A program made the translations under genes and the position numbers. From the NCBI RefSeq assembly GCF_018398935.1, contig NZ_CP074694.1:5310001-5342000 (forward strand): DNA of 32,000 nt, read 5' to 3'. Positions 7,568 to 17,236 of the stretch are shown in pieces. Position 1 is the first letter of the stretch; each line of letters starts with the position of its first letter. The notes under the pieces are model-generated. The model did not search any database. It was not told where the DNA came from and saw only the letters and a program-made list of their open reading frames with translations. Origin of the DNA: Telmatocola sphagniphila (GTDB taxonomy: Bacteria > Planctomycetota > Planctomycetia > Gemmatales > Gemmataceae).

Positions 7568-8452
7568 TCATACCGCCATGGCGTGATAACCGCAATCCAC
7601 GTAAAGGATTTGCGCTGTGATCGCACTGGCCATATTGCTGCACAGGAAAACCGTGGCATCGGCGACTTCGTTCGGCTCGATACCCCGGGGCAGCGGGCTG
7701 CGGGCCGCCGCATATTTGATCGATTCGTCGAAGTCCGGTCGAATGGATCGGGCAGCCCGGGAAGCGTAAGGGCCAGCCGAGATCAGATTCACCCGGATCC
7801 CCTTGGGGCCGAGATTGTGCGCGAGTTGACGGGCATCAATCTGCAAGGCGGCTTTGGCCGTCGACATGCCCCCACCGTAGTAGGGGACCACGCGTTCGCC
7901 GCCCAGATAGGTCAGGCCAACCGCACTGGCCCCACCCGGTCGATTTTCCATGAACGGGGTCGCAGCTCGCAGCATGGAGGTGAGCGAGTAAGCGCTGATC
8001 CCGAGGGCTTCCATGTAGCCTTTGCGAGAAGTGTCGACCATCTTCTTCATGATTTCCCGACTGAAAGCGATCGAGTGAATCAGAATGTCGATGCCGCCAA
8101 ACTCCTTGCCCACGGCCTGGATCATCCCTTCAATGCTGAAGTCGGAAAACTTGGCATAGCGCCGGTCGTTCTTCACTTCATCCGGCACATCGGCCATCGT
8201 GTCGTAGCTGGCGTCGCAGGGGAAGACCTTCTCGACTTTGAGTTCGCCGTCGCCGTAAGGGAGCTTGCGGGACTCGGCATCCTGATCGCGCGTCAAAAAG
8301 GAATCGACGATCCCCATCATGCGAGGATGGCAGGCCAGTACGATTTTGGCCCCGGCGGCTTTCAGTGCTTTAGCAATAAACCAGGCGAAACTTTCGTTGT
8401 CGCCCACACCGGTCACCAGCGCCACCTTGCCCGTGAGATCTATAGGAATCAT
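7568..8452 (-). CDS. fabI: enoyl-[acyl-carrier-protein] reductase (NADH), plant/chlamydia-type FabI
   Basis: The full-length SDR shows GKVALVTGVGDNESFAWFIAKAL, the plant-type insertion ...SRKLPYGDGELKVEKVFPCDA...VPDEVKNDRRYA, IDILIHSIAF, SRKGY, YGGGMSTAKAALQ, IRVNLISAGPYASRAA and ITAQILYVDCGYHAM. Confidence 0.9.
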   Translation of the reverse strand: MIPIDLTGKVALVTGVGDNESFAWFIAKALKAAGAKIVLACHPRMMGIVDSFLTRDQDAESRKLPYGDGELKVEKVFPCDASYDTMADVPDEVKNDRRYAKFSDFSIEGMIQAVGKEFGGIDILIHSIAFSREIMKKMVDTSRKGYMEALGISAYSLTSMLRAATPFMENRPGGASAVGLTYLGGERVVPYYGGGMSTAKAALQIDARQLAHNLGPKGIRVNLISAGPYASRAARSIRPDFDESIKYAAARSPLPRGIEPNEVADATVFLCSNMASAITAQILYVDCGYHAMAV

Positions 8453-8548
8453 CAGTTTTCCACCTGAATCGAGAACCGTTCCGGAATCGTTCCAATTTCA
8501 AGATTTTCTTAGAGATGAGAGCGGTCTTTTCAAGCAATCCGGGCTCGC

Positions 8549-9385
8549 TCAGGCCGCCAGCCGACGATTAATCGCTAACAATCGCGTCATTTCTTTTTGA
8601 AGATTGGCGGCCGAAGGCCGTTTTTTCGGCCGCCGACTCAATAAAGCGTTCACCAGTTCGATCAATACTCGCGGTGTGTCGAGCTCGGTCGAGACCAGCA
8701 ATTCCGGAAGCGTATCGCGATGCAGCCGGAGCAATTCCTCCGAACTGACGAAAGGGTAAGGCAGTCTTCGGGTGAACATTTCGAACGCCGTCACACCCAG
8801 CGAAAATAAATCGGAAGAATAATCGTCGATCGATTGATCTTCACATAACTCCGGTGCCACGTACTGGGCCGTACCCAGCACGTAGCCTTCCTCCTGCATC
8901 GAGCGGTGTTCGTTGGGGCGATGAGCGAAGCCCAGATCGATGACTTTGGTTCCACCGCCGCGCAGCAGATAAATGTTGTCGGGCTTGATGTCGCCATGAA
9001 TGAAGCCTTTACCGTGCAACGCGGCCAGCCCGGCGGCACAATCGCGCAAAATCTCCGCAATCGCTCGCCAGGAGAATTTGTGCTGTCGATTCAGTCGACG
9101 GCGCAGTGTTTCCCCTTCAAGCCATTCCAAAAGCAGATAACGGGGAGTGAATTTCAAATGCGCGGCCACTGTCCGAATCACATTCGGATGTTGAATCGCC
9201 AGTCCGACCCGGGCTTCGGTTTTCAACAGATGCAGAGCCAGCGGATCATTGCGCTTGGCGGGTCGGATGCGCTTTAAGGCAAAGCGTTCGGCACTGGTGG
9301 TCGAGCGGACGGCGAAAACTTCCGTCACAGATCCCCGTCCCAGCGGGCGTACCCATTCGATGCCCGCAATCGCCTCGGCCGACAT
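8549..9385 (-). CDS. serine/threonine protein kinase (kinase domain only)
   Basis: Hanks-type motifs are present: LGRGSVTEVFAV, FALKRI (Lys), IHGDIKPDNIYL (HGD in place of HRD), VIDLGFA (DLG in place of DFG) and GTAQYVAPE. Confidence 0.85.
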   Translation of the reverse strand: MSAEAIAGIEWVRPLGRGSVTEVFAVRSTTSAERFALKRIRPAKRNDPLALHLLKTEARVGLAIQHPNVIRTVAAHLKFTPRYLLLEWLEGETLRRRLNRQHKFSWRAIAEILRDCAAGLAALHGKGFIHGDIKPDNIYLLRGGGTKVIDLGFAHRPNEHRSMQEEGYVLGTAQYVAPELCEDQSIDDYSSDLFSLGVTAFEMFTRRLPYPFVSSEELLRLHRDTLPELLVSTELDTPRVLIELVNALLSRRPKKRPSAANLQKEMTRLLAINRRLAA

Positions 9386-9495
9386 GGTCCCACACCTAAA
9401 AGTAGAAGAATTCAGGTTCTGAATTCATCGGAAAAATGCGGGATTTAGCTTAAATGAAAAAGCTGGGTAAGCTTGGCTTTTGTAGCAAATACTAT

Positions 9496-10308
9496 TTACG
9501 GATAACTGGGAGAAGAACCATTAGTCAAAAACTGCACCGGTCCGACTTCGGTTAGACCCGCCTGGGTCATCGTGGTGGCGTGGCCATCGCAATAAAGCAC
9601 ATTGAAAGTGTTGATATGCCGTTCGTCGGGATAATGGGTTTTTGGATTGGTCGTATCCGGGAACGGCCAGGGGCCGCGCGGATTGGTAGGTGTGGCTGCG
9701 TGAGTCGAATCGGCACATCCGGGGGTCTTGCCATGATCCCAGACGATCAGAATGTTGGAAGTTCCGTTGCCGTTGGTGAGTAGCAGCAGGCTCTTGCCGT
9801 TCGGTCCGCCGCTCACGTAGTTCATGCCGTAGCTGCACTGGTAACTCAGCCCCGAGGTGGGATCGAATCCCAGAGGACATTTGAAAATCTTCTGATTGCC
9901 TTCGATATAGGGCCAGAGCGTACCGGCCGGGTAACCGCCGTTAGTGTAGGTGTTGTCGGGATTGACAGTGCCCACGGCATTGGTGGTCGTGGAGGGGGAA
10001 GGACGATTATCATAGGGAGCCCACCAGACTTCCTTGGGGCCGGTCCAGATGGTGGCCGAGGTGATCGAATAACAGTTCGCATCGACGCCGCCGCTCGTAT
10101 CGCACTGGCGATAGCGCGGGAAAACGCCGAGAGCCGATTCATAGTTGTGGATGGCCAGGCCAATTTGGTGAAGATTGTTGGCGCACTGCATCCGTGCGGC
10201 GGCCGCCCGAACTTTTTGCACTGCCGGTAGCAATAAGCCGATCAGAATCGCAATGATGGCGATGACTACCAGCAGTTCAATGAGCGTAAAGGCCGTACGT
10301 CGAGGCAT
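9496..10308 (-). CDS. DUF1559 domain protein with prepilin-type N-terminal cleavage/methylation domain
   Basis: [58 protein letters not shown] at the N-terminus, and [10 protein letters not shown] near the C-terminus. Confidence 0.9.
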   Translation of the reverse strand: MPRRTAFTLIELLVVIAIIAILIGLLLPAVQKVRAAAARMQCANNLHQIGLAIHNYESALGVFPRYRQCDTSGGVDANCYSITSATIWTGPKEVWWAPYDNRPSPSTTTNAVGTVNPDNTYTNGGYPAGTLWPYIEGNQKIFKCPLGFDPTSGLSYQCSYGMNYVSGGPNGKSLLLLTNGNGTSNILIVWDHGKTPGCADSTHAATPTNPRGPWPFPDTTNPKTHYPDERHINTFNVLYCDGHATTMTQAGLTEVGPVQFLTNGSSPSYP

Positions 10309-10390
10309 TACCGGGACTCTGTGATTGATCGTTATGTCTGTACGGGAATAGCGATGGGTATGATAGAAAACGGGGAGGAAGCGGAAAGGC

Positions 10391-10747
10391 TCAGGAGGAT
10401 TTGCGGGCTGGCTTATTGAAATCGGAGGCGAGGCGGGCAGTTTTCTTAAGTAGGCTTTCGTAGATGCGAACGGCTTCCTTTCCCCGAGGGGTCAGGATCG
10501 CTCCGCCGCCCCCTTTGCCCCCGGTGGAAACTTCGACGAGCGTCTCCCCGGCGGCACGATTTATATCCTGCACCAGACTCCAAGCCCGGCGATAGGACAT
10601 TTTCATCTGCTTGGCGGCGGCGGAGATACTGTGGTGCGTGTCGATGTGGCCGAGCAATTCGTAGCGCCCCGGCCCGAGTACTTTTTCCCCATCGCGTTCG
10701 ATCCAGACTCGAACTTTGAGATTCCAGTCGTTTTTCTGATCCAGCAT
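10391..10747 (-). CDS. ModE N-terminal-domain-like winged-helix transcriptional regulator (no Mop domains)
   Basis: [69 protein letters not shown] matches the ModE-type HTH domain (GPGR..LL..I...GSIS.AA..MGMSYRRAW.L.......G..LV....GG.GGGGA.LT..G). At 118 aa it is the DNA-binding domain only. Confidence 0.8.
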   Translation of the reverse strand: MLDQKNDWNLKVRVWIERDGEKVLGPGRYELLGHIDTHHSISAAAKQMKMSYRRAWSLVQDINRAAGETLVEVSTGGKGGGGAILTPRGKEAVRIYESLLKKTARLASDFNKPARKSS

Positions 10748-10927
10748 GAGAGAAATTTCCTATCGGTCTCGGAGGAGGAATAGCTAGTTTATTCAAATTT
10801 CTATTTCCATTTCGACTCATGAAAGGTGCGAGTAGCGGCCGCTTCCCTCAGATAAGGGTGGAAATTGATTCCCGGCGCCTAAAATGCCATTCTGGTTATC
10901 GAATCTCTATCCAACCCCCGAGGCGTT

Positions 10928-11800
10928 ATGCCGGAACCTGTCGTCATTGCTACCTGGCCGTTCGGTAAAATTGCAGCCGAGGCTGCTTCCAAATTGCTGC
11001 TGGCCGGTAAGCCGGCCATCGACGCGGCGGTGGCCGGAGCCCAGGCGGTCGAAGACGATGGCACGACGCGTTCGGTCGGTTTCGGCGGCATCGGTAATCG
11101 CATCGGCACCGTCTCGCTGGATTCCTGCGTGATGGACGGTCGGACGCTCGACTGCGGTTCCGTTGCCGGGGTCGAGAACATTCGGCACGTCGCAGCACTC
11201 GCCAAGCGAGTCTACGAAAAGACCCCGCACGTGATGCTGGTGGGCGAATGGGCTCGGATCTTTGCCATCCAGAACGGCTTCCCTCTCGATACTTTGAATA
11301 CCCCTGGTAGTGTGGCCGATTGGGAAAAAAACCGACCCAAACCGGATGAGCCCCACGTTCTGGGCCACGATACGGTCACCGTACTGGCACAAGATATGAA
11401 GGGGCACCTCGGCGGAGCCTGCACCACTTCCGGCCTGGCTTACAAAGTGCCGGGCCGGGTGGGCGATTCGCCGATCATCGGCTGCGGACTTTACGTCGAT
11501 GATACGGCCGGGGCAGCCGGGGGAACTGGCGTGGGTGAGGAAATCATTCGAGTGGTCGGAGCGATGTTCATCGTCGAGCAGATGCGCGCCGGCAAAACTC
11601 CGCAGGAAGCGACCGAAGCCGCGATCCAGAGGGTGATCGCCAATGCCGGGCGACGAGGAGTGCACGTCGCCTCCGTCTGCTTCCTGGCTTTGGATCCCAA
11701 AGGTAACGTCGGTGCGGCCTGCACCAAGGGCAGTAACTTCACGTATGCCGTCGCCCGCGGCGCCAAAATTGAACTGTTAAAGTCGAAAGAGCTTTCGTGA
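10928..11800 (+). CDS. N4-(beta-N-acetylglucosaminyl)-L-asparaginase / isoaspartyl peptidase family Ntn hydrolase
   Basis: The autoprocessing site GHD|TVTV is present, together with TTSG and GRVGDSPIIGCGLYVD, as in glycosylasparaginases. Confidence 0.85.
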   Translation: MPEPVVIATWPFGKIAAEAASKLLLAGKPAIDAAVAGAQAVEDDGTTRSVGFGGIGNRIGTVSLDSCVMDGRTLDCGSVAGVENIRHVAALAKRVYEKTPHVMLVGEWARIFAIQNGFPLDTLNTPGSVADWEKNRPKPDEPHVLGHDTVTVLAQDMKGHLGGACTTSGLAYKVPGRVGDSPIIGCGLYVDDTAGAAGGTGVGEEIIRVVGAMFIVEQMRAGKTPQEATEAAIQRVIANAGRRGVHVASVCFLALDPKGNVGAACTKGSNFTYAVARGAKIELLKSKELS

Positions 11801-12204
11801 GCGCCCCATTCAGCATCGAACGCCGGGTCGAATTCGGCGACACGGATCTGGCCGGTATCGTCCACTTCTCCAACTTCTTCAAATACATGGAAGTGGCGGA
11901 GACCGCCTTTTTGCGTTCGCACGGCCTGAGCGTTTCCTGGTCGCAGGACGGTGAGCGGCGCGGATTTCCGCGCGTTTCCACCACCTGCGATTTCAAACAG
12001 CCCGCTTTTTTTGAGGATGTGCTGACGATTTCGGTCACGCTGGAGCGACTTGGAAAAAAATCGCTCAGTTATCGTTTTGATTTTCGGCGGGGAAACGACG
12101 AAATCGCCGTAGGCCGCCTCACTTCCGTATACTGCCGGAGCACTCCGGAACACCGGGTTGAGTCAATGGAAATACCGTCAGAGATTCGCCAGAAGCTCTC
12201 GTAG
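11797..12204 (+). CDS. acyl-CoA thioesterase, YbgC/FadM (4HBT hotdog) family
   Basis: RVEFGDTDLAGIVHFSNFFKYMEVAETAFLRSHG is the 4HBT catalytic-Asp motif. The GTG start overlaps the upstream stop (GTGA at 11797-11800), which indicates translational coupling. Confidence 0.8.
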   Translation: MSAPFSIERRVEFGDTDLAGIVHFSNFFKYMEVAETAFLRSHGLSVSWSQDGERRGFPRVSTTCDFKQPAFFEDVLTISVTLERLGKKSLSYRFDFRRGNDEIAVGRLTSVYCRSTPEHRVESMEIPSEIRQKLS

Positions 12205-12431
12205 ATTCTGTAGAGTTCGCCAGACCGCAGAAGTCCCCGGATAGCTCTCTTTAGTACCCTTTAATCAAATTTCCCATTTTGTGCCGAGTGGGAAGAAAAA
12301 TTTCCATTTTTTCGGATTAGTCTGCCAAACCAGAAAAGTCTGCCTTGTTCTACTGCCGATAGCGGGTATACGGGACAACCTCGGGCGGGGGCACGAGTTG
12401 ATACCGGTTCGTTAGGGACGGGGGGGCGAAT

Positions 12432-14786
12432 ATGAAACGATGGAAGTCCAAGCTGGCAGTTCCTGCTATGCTGACCATCCTCGGCGCAACAGGCTGCAAG
12501 CAGCAGCTGTATATGCATCAAGACGATCACCTGGGTGTTACGACGCTGAATCTGCCCAAGGATCTGGACACCAATCCGAATTATTCCGTCGCAGCCAATC
12601 CACGCGAGGATATTAGAACTCCTCCGACGGTGGATGATCCCGATCAACCAGCACGTTACATGACTCTCCAGGAAGCCCTAATCATGGGCCTGGAGCAGGG
12701 GAACCGCGGCAACAACTCCGCGGCGGCGCTGCCTGGGGGGAACATCAGCCGATCCATCGTCAATGACGACTTGGTGACCTTCACGGGTTCGGGCGTCAGC
12801 AGCGACGACCCGATTCGCGCTTTTGCTCTCGATCCCGCCTCTATTGGCGCGAACATCGAAGGTGCACTGGCGAAGTTCGATACGCGCTGGGTGACGGCGG
12901 CTAACTGGGGCCGAACCGATACTGCACCGGTTAATATTTTCTCGGCGGCGAACAACGGGGACACGGCATCGGTATCAAGCGGCTTCATTAAGCCGTTGCC
13001 GACAGGTGGTGTGGCCGGGGTGACTTTCGAAACCGATTATCAGAAGGTCGCCAATCCGAACGTCGGCGGCACCACATACACGACAACCAACCCGGCTTAT
13101 CGACCTTCTTTGACGTTCGCCATCGATCAGCCTTTATTGCGCGATTACGGCGTCGACATCAACCAGTTGCTGGCCTCTCACCCCGGTTCATCGGTCATTC
13201 CGAACTATAAGCCCACGGGGGGGCGTTCCGAAGGTATTCTGATTACCCGTATTCGCTACGAACAGCAGAAGTATGAATTCGAACGCAACGTCAATATTCT
13301 GCTTTTCAATATCGAGTCGGCCTACTGGAACTTGTACGCATCGTACTACGCTCTGTATGCGAACGACCAGGGTCTGCGACAGTCGTTTGAAACCTGGCGG
13401 TTGACCCGCGTGCTGGTGGAAGCCGGTTTGCGAGCCGACCAGGATCTGGCTCAGGTCCGCAGCCGATTCGAAGGCTTCCGCGCCAGCCGTATTGCCGCTT
13501 TGCAGACCACCATGGAAGCAGAGCGACAGCTGCGATCCTTGCTCGGCATGCCGCCGGTCGATGGATTCCGGCTCGTACCGGCGGATCAGCCGACTCAGGC
13601 TCTCTACATGCCGGACTACAAGGAAGCCGTGAATGAGACTCTGCAGAATCGTCCCGAGTTGAATATGATTCGCCAGGATCTGAAGGCCCAGCAATTGAAT
13701 CTGCTGGTGCAGAAGAACAGCACCCGGCCCGACCTGCGATTCAGTGCTAATTACAACATCAACTCAATCGGCAGTCGATTGGATGGATCCGCACCCAACA
13801 ACGCACTTGGGGCTCTGGCGGATAACAATTACAACACCTGGAACATGGGTCTTCGGCTGGATATTCCTCTCGGCTACCGGGATGGTTATGCTGCTAAACG
13901 GGTGGCCGAGTTGCAATTGGCCCGTACCTATGTGACGCTGCGAAATCAGGAGCGTAAGGCCGAGGACTTCACCAAGGTCGCCTATCAGCAGTTGTTCAAT
14001 CAGTACCAACAGATTCGGGCTTATCGCGCTCAACGTGAAGCTCTGGGTCGCGAACTCGAACTGTTGTTCTCCCGAGTGCAATTGGGTAAAGACCCCTTGT
14101 TGAATATGTTGGATGCCCAGCGCGACTTCGCCAGTGCCATCCAATCGGAACAGCAGGCGGTGGCTAACTACAACGTGGCTATCGCCGGTTTCCACTACGC
14201 CAAGGGAACTTTACAGATGTACGATAACGTGGGAATTGCCGATGGACCGTTGCCTTCGAGCGGTCTGATTCCCAGCCACGAAGTGCATAAGCGAAAACGC
14301 CGTTTCGATAAGACAGGTGTCGAACCGGTCGCTTCGGGTAGCGTAGTTCCTGGTACTCCCGTTCCGGGCGGAGTGTTACCTCCGGGCGTAGTGGCTCCGG
14401 CCGTTCCGGCTCCGGTGGTTCCAGGGGCTCCGTTGAATCCGGGAACCCCGGCTCCGACGACACCTGGCAATAATCCGCCGACGGCGTTCGTACCTGGTGT
14501 TACCTCGGATTCTGCCTCATCAACGATTTATAAACCGACTGCGACTCAGACGGTTCCCAGCGTGGGAGTGCCGCTGCAGCCTTCGGTTTTGGGAACGAAT
14601 GATGTGGCTCCGCCGAACGTGATTGCTCCGCCGCCAATCACCTCCGATACGGGCAGACCACTGATCACGGTGACGACCACACCGAACGAAAATGTGCCGG
14701 TACCGCCCGCGGGGGCCTTATTGCCTCCGGCGAACGATCCGGTACCTGGTAACAACAATTTCATACCGACGTCCCGACAGAAATAA
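12432..14786 (+). CDS. TolC-family outer membrane efflux lipoprotein with a ~190-aa proline-rich C-terminal extension
   Basis: The signal peptide carries a lipobox (AMLTILGATG|C). Two OEP-type repeat halves are visible (ESAYWNLYASYYALYANDQGL..., LDAQRDFASAIQSEQQAVANYNVAIAGFHYAKGTL). From about aa 600 (nt ~14229) the sequence is P/G/V/T-rich low complexity. Confidence 0.8.
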   Translation: MKRWKSKLAVPAMLTILGATGCKQQLYMHQDDHLGVTTLNLPKDLDTNPNYSVAANPREDIRTPPTVDDPDQPARYMTLQEALIMGLEQGNRGNNSAAALPGGNISRSIVNDDLVTFTGSGVSSDDPIRAFALDPASIGANIEGALAKFDTRWVTAANWGRTDTAPVNIFSAANNGDTASVSSGFIKPLPTGGVAGVTFETDYQKVANPNVGGTTYTTTNPAYRPSLTFAIDQPLLRDYGVDINQLLASHPGSSVIPNYKPTGGRSEGILITRIRYEQQKYEFERNVNILLFNIESAYWNLYASYYALYANDQGLRQSFETWRLTRVLVEAGLRADQDLAQVRSRFEGFRASRIAALQTTMEAERQLRSLLGMPPVDGFRLVPADQPTQALYMPDYKEAVNETLQNRPELNMIRQDLKAQQLNLLVQKNSTRPDLRFSANYNINSIGSRLDGSAPNNALGALADNNYNTWNMGLRLDIPLGYRDGYAAKRVAELQLARTYVTLRNQERKAEDFTKVAYQQLFNQYQQIRAYRAQREALGRELELLFSRVQLGKDPLLNMLDAQRDFASAIQSEQQAVANYNVAIAGFHYAKGTLQMYDNVGIADGPLPSSGLIPSHEVHKRKRRFDKTGVEPVASGSVVPGTPVPGGVLPPGVVAPAVPAPVVPGAPLNPGTPAPTTPGNNPPTAFVPGVTSDSASSTIYKPTATQTVPSVGVPLQPSVLGTNDVAPPNVIAPPPITSDTGRPLITVTTTPNENVPVPPAGALLPPANDPVPGNNNFIPTSRQK

Positions 14787-14805
14787 TTGTTAGAACCACC
14801 TTCTC

Positions 14806-14835
14806 GAGGAGCCGCAAGGCTCCTCAGTCTGTTTT
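14806..14835 (+). terminator. rho-independent terminator after the TolC-like gene
   Basis: GAGGAGCC (14806-14813), loop GCAA, GGCTCCTC (14818-14825), then AGTCTGTTTT. It starts 20 nt after the stop codon. Confidence 0.6.
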
Positions 14836-14851
14836 GAGTTACAATTTTTTC

Positions 14852-15778
14852 ATGGCCAAGATTTTCGTTTACGAACACTTCTGTGCCTTAGCCAATCCTC
14901 CGCAGACAGAAACGTTACCGCAATCGCTTTTGACCGAAGGCCGGGCAATGCGCGATGCGATCGTAGAGGATCTGGCACGGATTCCCGGTATCGCAATCCT
15001 ATCGGGGGATAGTTCCGATGCAGATGATATCCGTGAGCAGGTGAAGCGGGCCGATTGGTCGCTGATCATCGCTCCGGAAACTGACGGTATTCTGTTTCGC
15101 CTTAGCGAACTGGTGGAGTCGAGTGGCGGCCGATTACTCTCCCCTTCGTTACAAGCGATATTCCTGTGCGGGGGAAAAGACAAACTCGCGCGCCGGATCG
15201 ATCCCGATATCCCGACGCCCGATGAAAGACCCGATGTCTATCCGCAAGTCTGGAAGCCCTATGATGGCGCTGGCTCGGTCGATACCTTTTTGGTCCCGGA
15301 TGCTCAGGCCGCTCAATTGCTGATCGATCGAGGTTATGGCGAGTTGTATCGCACGGAGTTTGTGCCCGGCCTGGCCGCGAGCATCTCTTTCCTCGTCGGG
15401 CCTGAAATCATACTCCCGCTGAAGGCTTGCCGACAAATACTCTCGGAGGATGGCCGGTTTCAATATCTCGGCGGCGAGGTGCCCCTGGAAACTAATTTGG
15501 AACAGCGGGCGATTCAACTGGGAATAAAAGCCATTCGCTGGCTCTTGGCTGAGGCTCCTTTCGTCGGCTACATTGGGATCGATTTGATTTTGGGCGAACG
15601 CGATGTGCTGATTGAAATCAATCCGCGCCTCACCACTTCTTACATCGGGCTAAGACAGTTGACCGAATCGAATCTGGCTGAAGCGATGTGGAAAATTGCC
15701 GAGGGAAAAGCGACGGAAGTGAAATGGAAGCCCGGGCGAGTACGCTTCCAATCGAATGGTCAGTTTGAAATCAGTTAA
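14852..15778 (+). CDS. ATP-grasp enzyme, MfnD/COG1821-like (predicted ATP-dependent amide ligase)
   Basis: VWKPYDGAGSVDTFLV, GYIGIDLILGERDVLIEINPRLTTSYIGL and the N-terminal pre-ATP-grasp region resemble tyramine-glutamate-ligase-type (MfnD) and methylotroph 'orf9'-type ATP-grasp proteins. I prefer ATG 14852 over the track TTG 14834, because the TTG lies inside the terminator T-tract. Confidence 0.65.
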   Translation: MAKIFVYEHFCALANPPQTETLPQSLLTEGRAMRDAIVEDLARIPGIAILSGDSSDADDIREQVKRADWSLIIAPETDGILFRLSELVESSGGRLLSPSLQAIFLCGGKDKLARRIDPDIPTPDERPDVYPQVWKPYDGAGSVDTFLVPDAQAAQLLIDRGYGELYRTEFVPGLAASISFLVGPEIILPLKACRQILSEDGRFQYLGGEVPLETNLEQRAIQLGIKAIRWLLAEAPFVGYIGIDLILGERDVLIEINPRLTTSYIGLRQLTESNLAEAMWKIAEGKATEVKWKPGRVRFQSNGQFEIS

Positions 15779-15792
15779 ATTCAAAACCGGGA

Positions 15793-17232
15793 TCAGCTCA
15801 GCAATTCTTTGCGGACCGAGCAGGCGCCTTCGGGACCAATGAGCCGTTGCTGCAACCCCTGATAAGAGTAGCGTAACTTCCAGGCATCCAGACCCATCAG
15901 ATGCAGGATGGTCGCTTGCAGATCGTGAACGCTCATTTTGCCATCGGCGATGTTGTAACCGAGTTCGTCGGTCGCCCCGAAGGTAATCCCTGGCTTCACG
16001 CCCGCTCCCGCCATCCAGATTGTAAAGGCGTGCGGGTGATGATCGCGGCCCAGCAGCTTCGAGCCGCCCCGAGCTTCGTTCATGCTGGTTCGGCCGAATT
16101 CACCCCCCCAGACTACTAGCGTCGAATCCAACATCCCTCGGCGTTTCAAATCGGTGAGTAGAGCGGCGATCGATTTATCGGTCTGCTGGCATTTTTTGGG
16201 CAGAGCAGTGGCCACATCGTCTCCGGAGTTGGTGCCGTGAATATCCCAGCCCCAATCGAACAATTGCACGAAGCGAACGCCTTTTTCCACCAGTCGCCGG
16301 GCCAGAAGGCAATTATTGGCGAAGGAAGCTTTCCCCGGTTCCGCGCCGTACAGGGTCAGCGTTTCCTTGGTTTCTTTCTTCAGCTCCATGACTTCCGGTA
16401 CGCTCATCTGCATGCGGAAGGCCAGTTCGTACTGCTCGATGCGGGTGCGGGTTTCCGGATCGCCGAACTCTTTCAGTTCCAATTCATTCAAGGTTTTAAG
16501 AGCATCCAGGCTGCGACGACGATCCTCCCGATCCATGCCCGGCGGATTGTTGGCGTAGAGGACGGGATCACCTATGGTTCGGCACTGCACGCCCTGGTAG
16601 ACACTGGGTAAGGGTCCCGTACTCCAGAGGGCTTTGCCGCCCGTGGGATCGGTCCCGCCGGAGATCAGCACCACGAAGCCTGGCAGGTTCTGGTTTTCGG
16701 TTCCGAGGCCGTACAGGATCCAGGAGCCCATGGATGGGCAGCCGTTGCGGGCGTTGCCGCTGAACAGAAAAAGTTCCGCCGGAGCGTGGTTGAACTGCTC
16801 GGTCCACATCGATTTCACGAAGCAGAGTTCATCGGCGTGTTTCGAAAGTTCGGGCAACAGTTCGCTGATCCAGGCGCCGCTTTTGCCGTGTTGAGCAAAC
16901 TTGAAAGAAGGTCCGAGCAGATTCGGGTGCCCCTTGATGAAGGCAAAGCGGGCATTCTTCAGGAAATCGTCCGGGCAGGGCTTCATGTGAAGTTCTTTGA
17001 GCTTCGGCTTGAAGTCGAAGAGTTCCTGCTGCGGCGGCGCTCCCGACATGTGCAGATAAATAATGTGCTTCGCCTTGGCAGGCAGCGGAGGAGCCTTGAC
17101 CGCCAGCGGATTTGTCGGCGGCGCATCGGCCCGCAGCAGATCGGCAAAGGCCAGGCTACCGATGCCCACGGCGGAATTGCGCAAAAAATGGCGGCGCGTC
17201 TGAAACTGCAGCCAGTCGTTTCGAATGTTCAC
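15793..17232 (-). CDS. DUF1501 domain protein (sulfatase-fold) with twin-arginine signal
   Basis: The Tat-type N-terminus is QTRRHFLRNSAVGIGSLAFA. Characteristic DUF1501 blocks are present (FDWGWDIHG, VVWGGEFGRT, GRDHHPHAFTIWMAGAG, VHDLQATILHLMGLD). It starts 4 nt after the upstream PSD1 gene. Confidence 0.9.
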   Translation of the reverse strand: MNIRNDWLQFQTRRHFLRNSAVGIGSLAFADLLRADAPPTNPLAVKAPPLPAKAKHIIYLHMSGAPPQQELFDFKPKLKELHMKPCPDDFLKNARFAFIKGHPNLLGPSFKFAQHGKSGAWISELLPELSKHADELCFVKSMWTEQFNHAPAELFLFSGNARNGCPSMGSWILYGLGTENQNLPGFVVLISGGTDPTGGKALWSTGPLPSVYQGVQCRTIGDPVLYANNPPGMDREDRRRSLDALKTLNELELKEFGDPETRTRIEQYELAFRMQMSVPEVMELKKETKETLTLYGAEPGKASFANNCLLARRLVEKGVRFVQLFDWGWDIHGTNSGDDVATALPKKCQQTDKSIAALLTDLKRRGMLDSTLVVWGGEFGRTSMNEARGGSKLLGRDHHPHAFTIWMAGAGVKPGITFGATDELGYNIADGKMSVHDLQATILHLMGLDAWKLRYSYQGLQQRLIGPEGACSVRKELLS

Positions 17233-17236
17233 GGTT

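Noticed and set aside
7187-8467. 426-aa plus-strand ORF, the longest unexplained ORF in the track.
   Set aside because: It is entirely antisense to fabI and the TIGR02996 gene. It is Arg/Gly/Pro-rich with no recognisable motifs, whereas the opposite strand encodes strongly recognisable proteins. This is a typical shadow ORF.
9408-9426. GAATTCAG-GTT-CTGAATTC palindrome just upstream of the small kinase gene.
   Set aside because: It has an 8-bp stem with a 3-nt loop, is AT-rich and is a single occurrence. It could be an operator or pure chance, and nothing else supports it.
10834-10843. Perfect 10-bp palindrome AGCGGCCGCT in the divergent region between the ModE-like regulator and the asparaginase gene, considered as a possible operator.
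   Set aside because: It is short and GC-rich, essentially a NotI site with one flanking pair. It does not resemble the AT-rich ModE operator consensus. This is insufficient evidence.
12266-12312. AAATTTCC(C)ATTTT direct repeats upstream of the TolC-like gene. Related AAATTTC strings occur at 10752-10815.
   Set aside because: These are short AT-rich words in promoter regions. I could not establish a consistent spacing or palindromic structure by eye.
12420-12426. G7 homopolymer 5 nt upstream of the TolC-like start codon, considered as a possible phase-variable tract.
   Set aside because: Seven bases is marginal for slippage, and the tract more simply doubles as a purine-rich ribosome-binding region. 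There is no population data.
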